This document shows, piece by piece, positions 51,701 through 64,000 of a stretch of DNA of 64,000 nt. The stretch spans positions 10,168,001 to 10,232,000 of the forward strand of contig OZ059897.1 in NCBI GenBank assembly GCA_964057225.1, read 5' to 3'. Source of the stretch: Auanema rhodensis. Lineage: Eukaryota; Animalia; Nematoda. Position 1 is the first letter of the stretch; every line of letters starts with the position of its first letter. A program made the position numbers and the translations under genes. The notes beneath the pieces were generated by a model, which was not told the origin of the DNA, did no database searches, and saw nothing but the letters and a program-made list of their open reading frames with translations.

Positions 51701-54700
51701 TTTTTGAAAACAATACAGTTGATTGAACGTGATTAAATCGAAAATTGTTAGAACTTAAATAAGTATTTGAATTAAACAAATCTAACATGACAAGCAAGCA
51801 ATATGTTTATAGCATTTTAATTTCAAAACAAAAAAATGCCCAAGACAGGAATCGAACCTGTGTCGCCACGGCCACAACGTGGAGTACTAACCACTATACT
51901 ACTTGGGCCGATATTACAACAACTTAACAAAGTTAGTGTGTTCATTGTTAATGAATTGAACTAAGATTCTTCAATTTCTGTGTGACAACATGAAAATTCT
52001 AATTCAATGACCAGAAATTGAATGATGTCTTTATTTTTGAAAACAATACAGTTGATTGAACGTGATTAAATCGAAAATTGTTAGAACTTAAATAAGTATT
52101 TGAATTAAACAAATCTAACATGACAAGCAAGCAATATGTTTATAGCATTTTAATTTCAAAACAAAAAAATGCCCAAGACAGGAATCAAACCTGTGTCGCC
52201 ACGGCCACAACGTGGAGTACTAACCACTATATTACTTGGGCCGATATTACAACAACTTAACAAAGTTAGTGTGTTCATTGTTAATGAATTGAACTAAGAT
52301 TCTTCAATTTCTGTGTGACAACATGAAAATTCTAATTCAATGACCAGAAATTGAATGATGTCTTTATTTTTAAAAACAATACAGTTGATTGAACGTGATT
52401 AAATCGAAAATTGTTAGAACTTAAATAAGTATTTGAATTAAACAAATCTAACATGACAAGCAAGCAATATGTTTATAGCATTTTAATTTCAAAACAAAAA
52501 AATGCCCAAGACAGGAATCGAACCTGTGTCGCCACGGCCACAACGTGGAGTACTAACCACTATACTACTTGGGCCGGTATTACAACAACTTATTAAAGTT
52601 AGTGTGTTCAGTGTTACTGAATTGAACTAAGATTCTTCATTTCCTGTGTGACAACATGAAAATTCTAATTCAATGAACAGAAATTGAATTTTGTCTTTAT
52701 TTTTGAAAACAATACGGTTGATTGAACGTGATTAAATCGAAAATTGTTAGAACTTGAATAAGTATTTGAATTAAACAAATCTAACATGACAAGCAAGCAA
52801 TATGTTTATAGCATTTAAATTTCAGAACAAAAAATGCCCTAGACAGGAATCGAATCTGTGTCGCCACGGCCACAACGTGGAGTACTAACCACTATATTAC
52901 TTGGGCCGATATTACAACAACTTAACAAAATTAGTGTGTTCATTGTTACTGAAATGAACTAAGATTCTTCAATTTCTGTGTGACAACATGAAAATTCTAA
53001 TTCAATGAACAGAAATTGAATTTTGTCTTTATTTTGAAAACAATACGGTTGATTGAACGTGATTAAATCGAAAATTGTTAGAACTTGAATAAGTATTTGA
53101 ATTAAACAAATCTAACATGACAAGCAAGCAATATGTTTATAGCATTTAAATTTCAGAACAAAAAATGCCCAAGACAGGAATCGAATCTGTGTCGCCACGG
53201 CCACAACGTGGAGTACTAACCACTATATTACTTGGGCCGATATTACAACAACTTAACAAAATTAGTCTGTTCATTGTTACTGAAAAGAACTAAGATTCTT
53301 CAATTTCTGTGTGACTACATGAAAATTCTAATTCAATGACCAGAAATTGAAAGATGTCTTCATTTTTGAAAACAATACTGTTAGTTGAACGTGATTAAAT
53401 CGAAAATTGTTAGAACTTAAATAAGTATTTGAATTAAACAAATCTAACATGACAAGCAAGCAATATGTTTATAGCATTTTAATTTCAAAACAAAAAATGC
53501 CCAAGACAGGAATCGAACCTGTGTCGCCACGGCCACAACGTGGAGTACTAACCACGATACTTTATGGGCCGGTATTACAACAACTAAACAAAGTTATTGT
53601 GTTCATTGTTACTGAATTGAACTAAGATTCTTCAATTTCTGTGTGACAACATGAAAATTCTAATTCAATGACCAGAAATTGAAAGATGTCTTCATTTTTG
53701 AAAACAATACTGTTAATTGAACGTGATTAAATCGAAAATTGTTAGAACTTAAATAAGTATTTGAATTAAACAAATCTAACATGACAAGCAAGCAATATGT
53801 TTATAGCATTTTAATTTTAAAACAAAAAATGCCCAAGACAGGAATCGAACCTGTGTCGCCACGGCCACAACGTGGAGTACTAACCACGATACTTTATGGG
53901 CCGGTATTACAACAACTAAACAAAGTTATTGTGTTCATTGTTACTGAATTGAACTAAGATTCTTCAATTTCTGTGTGACAACATGAAAATTCTAATTCAA
54001 TGACCAGAAATTGAAAGATGTCTTTATTTTTGAAAACAATACAGTTGATTGAACGTGATTAAATCGAAAATTGTTAGAACTTAAATAAGTATTTGAATTA
54101 AACAAATCTAACATGACAAGCAAGCAATATGTTTATAGCATTTTAATTTCAAAACAAAAAAATGCCGAAGACAGGAATCGAACCTGTGTCGCCACGGCCA
54201 CAACGTGGAGTACTAACCACTATACTACTTGGGCCGATATTACAACAACTTAACAAAGTTAGTGTGTTCATTGTTAATGAATTGAACTAAGATTCTTCAA
54301 TTTCTGTGTGACAACATGAAAATTCTAATTCAATGACCAGAAATTGAATGATGTCTTTATTTTTGAAAACAATACAGTTGATTGAACGTGATTAAATCGA
54401 AAATTGTTAGAACTTAAATAAGTATTTGAATTAAACAAATCTAACATGACAAGCAAGCAATATGTTTATAGCATTTTAATTTCAAAACAAAAAAATGCCC
54501 AAGACAGGAATCAAACCTGTGTCGCCACGGCCACAACGTGGAGTACTAACCACTATATTACTTGGGCCGATATTACAACAACTTAACAAAGTTAGTGTGT
54601 TCATTGTTAATGAATTGAACTAAGATTCTTCAATTTCTGTGTGACAACATGAAAATTCTAATTCAATGACCAGAAATTGAATGATGTCTTTATTTTTAAA

Positions 54701-57700
54701 AACAATACAGTTGATTGAACGTGATTAAATCGAAAATTGTTAGAACTTAAATAAGTATTTGAATTAAACAAATCTAACATGACAAGCAAGCAATATGTTT
54801 ATAGCATTTTAATTTCAAAACAAAAAAATGCCCAAGACAGGAATCGAACCTGTGTCGCCACGGCCACAACGTGGAGTACTAACCACTATACTACTTGGGC
54901 CGGTATTACAACAACTTATTAAAGTTAGTGTGTTCAGTGTTACTGAATTGAACTAAGATTCTTCATTTCCTGTGTGACAACATGAAAATTCTAATTCAAT
55001 GAACAGAAATTGAATTTTGTCTTTATTTTTGAAAACAATACGGTTGATTGAACGTGATTAAATCGAAAATTGTTAGAACTTGAATAAGTATTTGAATTAA
55101 ACAAATCTAACATGACAAGCAAGCAATATGTTTATAGCATTTAAATTTCAGAACAAAAAATGCCCTAGACAGGAATCGAATCTGTGTCGCCACGGCCACA
55201 ACGTGGAGTACTAACCACTATATTACTTGGGCCGATATTACAACAACTTAACAAAATTAGTGTGTTCATTGTTACTGAAATGAACTAAGATTCTTCAATT
55301 TCTGTGTGACAACATGAAAATTCTAATTCAATGAACAGAAATTGAATTTTGTCTTTATTTTGAAAACAATACGGTTGATTGAACGTGATTAAATCGAAAA
55401 TTGTTAGAACTTGAATAAGTATTTGAATTAAACAAATCTAACATGACAAGCAAGCAATATGTTTATAGCATTTAAATTTCAGAACAAAAAATGCCCAAGA
55501 CAGGAATCGAACCTGTGTCGCCACGGCCACAACGTGGAGTACTAACCACGATACTTTATGGGCCGGTATTACAACAACTAAACAAAGTTATTGTGTTCAT
55601 TGTTACTGAATTGAACTAAGATTCTTCAATTTCTGTGTGACAACATGAAAATTCTAATTCAATGACCAGAAATTGAAAGATGTCTTTATTTTTGAAAACA
55701 ATACAGTTGATTGAACGTGATTAAATCGAAAATTGTTAGAACTTAAATAAGTATTTGAATTAAACAAATCTAACATGACAAGCAAGCAATATGTTTATAG
55801 CATTTTAATTTCAAAACAAAAAAATGCCCAAGACAGGAATCGAACCTGTGTCGCCACGGCCACAACGTGGAGTACTAACCACTATACTACTTGGGCCGAT
55901 ATTACAACAACTTAACAAAGTTAGTGTGTTCATTGTTAATGAATTGAACTAAGATTCTTCAATTTCTGTGTGACAACATGAAAATTCTAATACAATGACC
56001 AGAAATTGAATGATGTCTTTATTTTTGAAAACAATACAGTTGATTGAACGTGATTAAATCGAAAATTGTTAGAACTTAAATAAGTATTTGAATTAAACAA
56101 ATCTAACATGACAAGCAAGCAATATGTTTATAGCATTTTAATTTCAAAACAAAAAAATGCCCAAGACAGGAATCAAACCTGTGTCGCCACGGCCACAACG
56201 TGGAGTACTAACCACTATATTACTTGGGCCGATATTACAACAACTTAACAAAGTTAGTGTGTTCATTGTTAATGAATTGAACTAAGATTCTTCAATTTCT
56301 GTGTGACAACATGAAAATTCTAATTCAATGACCAGAAATTGAATGATGTCTTTATTTTTAAAAACAATACAGTTGATTGAACGTGATTAAATCGAAAATT
56401 GTTAGAACTTAAATAAGTATTTGAATTAAACAAATCTAACATGACAAGCAAGCAATATGTTTATAGCATTTTAATTTCAAAACAAAAAAATGCCCAAGAC
56501 AGGAATCGAACCTGTGTCGCCACGGCCACAACGTGGAGTACTAACCACTATACTACTTGGGCCGGTATTACAACAACTTATTAAAGTTAGTGTGTTCAGT
56601 GTTACTGAATTGAACTAAGATTCTTCATTTCCTGTGTGACAACATGAAAATTCTAATTCAATGAACAGAAATTGAATTTTGTCTTTATTTTTGAAAACAA
56701 TACGGTTGATTGAACGTGATTAAATCGAAAATTGTTAGAACTTGAATAAGTATTTGAATTAAACAAATCTAACATGACAAGCAAGCAATATGTTTATAGC
56801 ATTTAAATTTCAGAACAAAAAATGCCCTAGACAGGAATCGAATCTGTGTCGCCACGGCCACAACGTGGAGTACTAACCACTATATTACTTGGGCCGATAT
56901 TACAACAACTTAACAAAATTAGTGTGTTCATTGTTACTGAAATGAACTAAGATTCTTCAATTTCTGTGTGACAACATGAAAATTCTAATTCAATGAACAG
57001 AAATTGAATTTTGTCTTTATTTTGAAAACAATACGGTTGATTGAACGTGATTAAATCGAAATTTGTTAGAACTTGAATAAGTATTTGAATTAAACAAATC
57101 TAACATGACAAGCAAGCAATATGTTTATAGCATTTAAATTTCAGAACAAAAAATGCCCAAGACAGGAATCGAATCTGTGTCGCCACGGCCACAACGTGGA
57201 GTACTAACCACTATATTACTTGGGCCGATATTACAACAACTTAACAAAATTAGTCTGTTCATTGTTACTGAAAAGAACTAAGATTCTTCAATTTCTGTGT
57301 GACTACATGAAAATTCTAATTCAATGACCAGAAATTGAAAGATGTCTTCATTTTTGAAAACAATACTGTTAGTTGAACGTGATTAAATCGAAAATTGTTA
57401 GAACTTAAATAAGTATTTGAATTAAACAAATCTAACATGACAAGCAAGCAATATGTTTATAGCATTTTAATTTCAAAACAAAAAATGCCCAAGACAGGAA
57501 TCGAACCTGTGTCGCCACGGCCACAACGTGGAGTACTAACCACGATACTTTATGGGCCGGTATTACAACAACTAAACAAAGTTATTGTGTTCATTGTTAC
57601 TGAATTGAACTAAGATTCTTCAATTTCTGTGTGACAACATGAAAATTCTAATTCAATGACCAGAAATTGAAAGATGTCTTCATTTTTGAAAACAATACTG

Positions 57701-60700
57701 TTAATTGAACGTGATTAAATCGAAAATTGTTAGAACTTAAATAAGTATTTGAATTAAACAAATCTAACATGACAAGCAAGCAATATGTTTATAGCATTTT
57801 AATTTTAAAACAAAAAATGCCCAAGACAGGAATCGAACCTGTGTCGCCACGGCCACAACGTGGAGTACTAACCACGATACTTTATGGGCCGGTATTACAA
57901 CAACTAAACAAAGTTATTGTGTTCATTGTTACTGAATTGAACTAAGATTCTTCAATTTCTGTGTGACAACATGAAAATTCTAATTCAATGACCAGAAATT
58001 GAAAGATGTCTTTATTTTTGAAAACAATACAGTTGATTGAACGTGATTAAATCGAAAATTGTTAGAACTTAAATAAGTATTTGAATTAAACAAATCTAAC
58101 ATGACAAGCAAGCAATATGTTTATAGCATTTTAATTTCAAAACAAAAAAATGCCCAAGACAGGAATCGAACCTGTGTCGCCACGGCCACAACGTGGAGTA
58201 CTAACCACTATACTACTTGGGCCGATATTACAACAACTTAACAAAGTTAGTGTGTTCATTGTTAATGAATTGAACTAAGATTCTTCAATTTCTGTGTGAC
58301 AACATGAAAATTCTAATTCAATGACCAGAAATTGAATGATGTCTTTATTTTTGAAAACAATACAGTTGATTGAACGTGATTAAATCGAAAATTGTTAGAA
58401 CTTAAATAAGTATTTGAATTAAACAAATCTAACATGACAAGCAAGCAATATGTTTATAGCATTTTAATTTCAAAACAAAAAAATGCCCAAGACAGGAATC
58501 AAACCTGTGTCGCCACGGCCACAACGTGGAGTACTAACCACTATATTACTTGGGCCGATATTACAACAACTTAACAAAGTTAGTGTGTTCATTGTTAATG
58601 AATTGAACTAAGATTCTTCAATTTCTGTGTGACAACATGAAAATTCTAATTCAATGACCAGAAATTGAATGATGTCTTTATTTTTAAAAACAATACAGTT
58701 GATTGAACGTGATTAAATCGAAAATTGTTAGAACTTAAATAAGTATTTGAATTAAACAAATCTAACATGACAAGCAAGCAATATGTTTATAGCATTTTAA
58801 TTTCAAAACAAAAAAATGCCCAAGACAGGAATCGAACCTGTGTCGCCACGGCCACAACGTGGAGTACTAACCACTATACTACTTGGGCCGGTATTACAAC
58901 AACTTATTAAAGTTAGTGTGTTCAGTGTTACTGAATTGAACTAAGATTCTTCATTTCCTGTGTGACAACATGAAAATTCTAATTCAATGAACAGAAATTG
59001 AATTTTGTCTTTATTTTTGAAAACAATACGGTTGATTGAACGTGATTAAATCGAAAATTGTTAGAACTTGAATAAGTATTTGAATTAAACAAATCTAACA
59101 TGACAAGCAAGCAATATGTTTATAGCATTTAAATTTCAGAACAAAAAATGCCCTAGACAGGAATCGAATCTGTGTCGCCACGGCCACAACGTGGAGTACT
59201 AACCACTATATTACTTGGGCCGATATTACAACAACTTAACAAAATTAGTGTGTTCATTGTTACTGAAATGAACTAAGATTCTTCAATTTCTGTGTGACAA
59301 CATGAAAATTCTAATTCAATGAACAGAAATTGAATTTTGTCTTTATTTTGAAAACAATACGGTTGATTGAACGTGATTAAATCGAAAATTGTTAGAACTT
59401 GAATAAGTATTTGAATTAAACAAATCTAACATGACAAGCAAGCAATATGTTTATAGCATTTAAATTTCAGAACAAAAAATGCCCAAGACAGGAATCGAAT
59501 CTGTGTCGCCACGGCCACAACGTGGAGTACTAACCACTATATTACTTGGGCCGATATTACAACAACTTAACAAAATTAGTCTGTTCATTGTTACTGAAAA
59601 GAACTAAGATTCTTCAATTTCTGTGTGACTACATGAAAATTCTAATTCAATGACCAGAAATTGAAAGATGTCTTCATTTTTGAAAACAATACTGTTAGTT
59701 GAACGTGATTAAATCGAAAATTGTTAGAACTTAAATAAGTATTTGAATTAAACAAATCTAACATGACAAGCAAGCAATATGTTTATAGCATTTTAATTTC
59801 AAAACAAAAAATGCCCAAGACAGGAATCGAACCTGTGTCGCCACGGCCACAACGTGGAGTACTAACCACGATACTTTATGGGCCGGTATTACAACAACTA
59901 AACAAAGTTATTGTGTTCATTGTTACTGAATTGAACTAAGATTCTTCAATTTCTGTGTGACAACATGAAAATTCTAATTCAATGACCAGAAATTGAAAGA
60001 TGTCTTCATTTTTGAAAACAATACTGTTAATTGAACGTGATTAAATCGAAAATTGTTAGAACTTAAATAAGTATTTGAATTAAACAAATCTAACATGACA
60101 AGCAAGCAATATGTTTATAGCATTTTAATTTTAAAACAAAAAATGCCCAAGACAGGAATCGAACCTGTGTCGCCACGGCCACAACGTGGAGTACTAACCA
60201 CGATACTTTATGGGCCGGTATTACAACAACTAAACAAAGTTATTGTGTTCATTGTTACTGAATTGAACTAAGATTCTTCAATTTCTGTGTGACAACATGA
60301 AAATTCTAATTCAATGACCAGAAATTGAAAGATGTCTTTATTTTTGAAAACAATACAGTTGATTGAACGTGATTAAATCGAAAATTGTTAGAACTTAAAT
60401 AAGTATTTGAATTAAACAAATCTAACATGACAAGCAAGCAATATGTTTATAGCATTTTAATTTCAAAACAAAAAAATGCCCAAGACAGGAATCGAACCTG
60501 TGTCGCCACGGCCACAACGTGGAGTACTAACCACTATACTACTTGGGCCGATATTACAACAACTTAACAAAGTTAGTGTGTTCATTGTTAATGAATTGAA
60601 CTAAGATTCTTCAATTTCTGTGTGACAACATGAAAATTCTAATTCAATGACCAGAAATTGAATGATGTCTTTATTTTTGAAAACAATACAGTTGATTGAA

Positions 60701-63670
60701 CGTGATTAAATCGAAAATTGTTAGAACTTAAATAAGTATTTGAATTAAACAAATCTAACATGACAAGCAAGCAATATGTTTATAGCATTTTAATTTCAAA
60801 ACAAAAAAATGCCCAAGACAGGAATCAAACCTGTGTCGCCACGGCCACAACGTGGAGTACTAACCACTATATTACTTGGGCCGATATTACAACAACTTAA
60901 CAAAGTTAGTGTGTTCATTGTTAATGAATTGAACTAAGATTCTTCAATTTCTGTGTGACAACATGAAAATTCTAATTCAATGACCAGAAATTGAATGATG
61001 TCTTTATTTTTAAAAACAATACAGTTGATTGAACGTGATTAAATCGAAAATTGTTAGAACTTAAATAAGTATTTGAATTAAACAAATCTAACATGACAAG
61101 CAAGCAATATGTTTATAGCATTTTAATTTCAAAACAAAAAAATGCCCAAGACAGGAATCGAACCTGTGTCGCCACGGCCACAACGTGGAGTACTAACCAC
61201 TATACTACTTGGGCCGGTATTACAACAACTTATTAAAGTTAGTGTGTTCAGTGTTACTGAATTGAACTAAGATTCTTCATTTCCTGTGTGACAACATGAA
61301 AATTCTAATTCAATGAACAGAAATTGAATTTTGTCTTTATTTTTGAAAACAATACGGTTGATTGAACGTGATTAAATCGAAAATTGTTAGAACTTGAATA
61401 AGTATTTGAATTAAACAAATCTAACATGACAAGCAAGCAATATGTTTATAGCATTTAAATTTCAGAACAAAAAATGCCCTAGACAGGAATCGAATCTGTG
61501 TCGCCACGGCCACAACGTGGAGTACTAACCACTATATTACTTGGGCCGATATTACAACAACTTAACAAAATTAGTGTGTTCATTGTTACTGAAATGAACT
61601 AAGATTCTTCAATTTCTGTGTGACAACATGAAAATTCTAATTCAATGAACAGAAATTGAATTTTGTCTTTATTTTGAAAACAATACGGTTGATTGAACGT
61701 GATTAAATCGAAAATTGTTAGAACTTGAATAAGTATTTGAATTAAACAAATCTAACATGACAAGCAAGCAATATGTTTATAGCATTTAAATTTCAGAACA
61801 AAAAATGCCCAAGACAGGAATCGAATCTGTGTCGCCACGGCCACAACGTGGAGTACTAACCACTATATTACTTGGGCCGATATTACAACAACTTAACAAA
61901 ATTAGTCTGTTCATTGTTACTGAAAAGAACTAAGATTCTTCAATTTCTGTGTGACTACATGAAAATTCTAATTCAATGACCAGAAATTGAAAGATGTCTT
62001 CATTTTTGAAAACAATACTGTTAGTTGAACGTGATTAAATCGAAAATTGTTAGAACTTAAATAAGTATTTGAATTAAACAAATCTAACATGACAAGCAAG
62101 CAATATGTTTATAGCATTTAAATTTCAGAACAAAAAATGCCCAAGACAGGAATCGAATCTGTGTCGCCACGGCCACAACGTGGAGTACTAACCACTATAT
62201 TACTTGGGCCGATATTACAACAACTAAACAAAGTTATTGTGTTCATTGTTACTGAAAAGAACTAAGATTCTTCAATTTCTGTGTGACTACATGAAAATTC
62301 TAATTCAATGACCAGAAATTGAAAGATGTCTTCATTTTTGAAAACAATACTGTTAGTTGAACGTGATTAAATCGAAAATTGTTAGAACTTAAATAAGTAT
62401 TTGAATTAAACAAATCTAACATGACAAGCAAGCAATATGTTTATAGCATTTTAATTTCAAAACAAAAAATGCCCAAGACAGGAATCGAACCTATGTCGCC
62501 ACGGCCACAACGTGGAGTACTAACCACGATACTTTATGTGCCGGTATTACAACAACTAAACAAAGTTATTGTGTTCATTGTTACTGAATTGAACTAAGAT
62601 TCTTCAATTTCTGTGTGACAACATGAAAATTCTAATTCAATGACCAGAAATTGAAAGATGTCTTCATTTTTGAAAACAATACTGTTAATTGAACGTGATT
62701 AAATCGAAAATTGTTAGAACTTAAATAAGTATTTGAATTAAACAAATCTAACATGACAAGCAAGCAATATGTTTATAGCATTTTAATTTTAAAACAAAAA
62801 ATGCCCAAGACAGGAATCGAACCTGTGTCGCCACGGCCACAACGTGGAGTACTAACCACGATACTTTATGGGCCGGTATTACAACAACTAAACAAAGTTA
62901 TTGTGTTCATTGTTACTGAATTGAACTAAGATTCTTCAATTTCTGTGTGACAACATGAAAATTCTAATTCAATGACCAGAAATTGAAAGATGTCTTTATT
63001 TTTGAAAACAATACAGTTAATTGAACGTGATTTAATTGAAAATTGTTGGAACTTAAATAAGTATTTTAAGAAAACAAATCTAACATGACAAGCAAGCAAT
63101 GATTTCATAGCATTTAAATTTCAGAACAAAAAATGCCCAAGACAGGAATCGAATCTGTGTCGCCACGGCCACAACGTGGAGTACTAACCACTATATTACT
63201 TGGGCCGATATTACAACAACTTAACAAAGTTAGTGTGTTCAGTGTTACTGAATTGAACTAAGATTCTTCATTTCCTGTGTGACAACATGAAAATTCTAAT
63301 TCAAAGAACAGAAATTGAATTTTGTCTTTATTTTTGAAAACAATACGGTTGATTGAACGTGATTAAATTGAAAATTGTTAGAACTTGAATAAGTATTTGA
63401 ATTAAACAAATCTAACATGACAAGCAAGCAATATGTTTATAGCATTTTAATTTCAAAACAAAAAATGCCCAAGACAGGAATCGAACCTGTGTCGCCACGG
63501 CCACAACGTGGAGTACTAACCACTATATTACTTGGGCCGATATTACAACAACTTAACAAAGTTAGTGTGTTCATTGTTAATGAATTGAACTAAGATTCTT
63601 CAATTTCTGTGTGACAACATGAAAATTCTAATTCAATGACCAGAAATTGAATGATGTCTTTATTTTTGAA
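21751..63670 (-). repeat. Tandem tRNA-His(GTG) array, 127 copies, mostly 331-333 bp units, several higher-order periods
   Basis: Reverse complement of the + array unit; tRNAs at 21816, 22148, 22479 ... 63466. Confidence 0.97.
21816..21887 (-). tRNA. tRNA-His(GTG), intact copy nearest the retroelement
   Basis: Identical to 4419-4490 in reverse complement; G at -1; T6 terminator. Confidence 0.97.
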
Positions 63671-63697
63671 TTTAATTTTAATTATATTAATTTTTTT

Positions 63698-64000
63698 TCA
63701 ATATGAACAAACGGTAACATGTGTCCATTTTTCTTTGTTTTTGTGTGACATACAAAAGGTATGGCTAAAGGAATGTAAGTTATGATGGTGGGAAAATAGC
63801 TCCGCATCAATTCATCACTAACCGTTTCATGAATCTCATCTCCCTCAAGTGGTGGAGCTGTTGGGCTCAACATGATATGGTTTATTTTTAACATAGAAGT
63901 AGGGGAGAGATAACATTTTATAGTGAAATATAATGCTATCATTAGACATAATATCAGAGTTATACAACCGATGGTAATGAGTGTTCGTTCAATTGAACCT
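63698..64000 (-). mobile_element. Second copy (fragment) of the same Gypsy element: TM/PTAP/protease start
   Basis: Matches 17440-17742 with about 4 substitutions; truncated before the DSG active site; continues past the window edge. Confidence 0.93.

Noticed and set aside
4419-63537. Suppressor or altered-anticodon tRNA variants
   Set aside because: Every copy read has anticodon GTG
4419-63670. CRISPR-like repeat/spacer appearance
   Set aside because: Spacers are near-identical, the repeat is a tRNA gene, there are no cas genes and the context is eukaryotic

Overview
AT-rich eukaryotic DNA, most likely nematode (tRNA-His closely resembles the C. elegans type; 35-51 nt introns; Tc1, BEL/Pao and Ty3/Gypsy relics). 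About 50 of the 64 kb is a tandem tRNA-His(GTG) gene satellite: about 157 copies by manual count (30 on + at 4419-12950, 127 on - at 21751-63670). Units are 331-333 bp (some 207-208 bp) and are arranged in higher-order repeats that mix intact tRNA genes with recurrent A-box, B-box and acceptor-stem mutants. The two arrays point towards each other across an 8.8 kb spacer holding a defective Ty3/Gypsy element with the unusual order gag - signal peptide - Cys-rich glycoprotein - TM - protease - RT - RNase H - integrase, i.e. an env-like gene between gag and pol. A second fragment of that element bounds the array at the right edge. The first 4.2 kb holds a tandemly duplicated composite element with AGTAGAGAG terminal inverted repeats that carries a Tc1 transposon, a 6-exon gene missed by the ORF track, and a BEL/Pao protease fragment. 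All counts and family assignments were made by eye.
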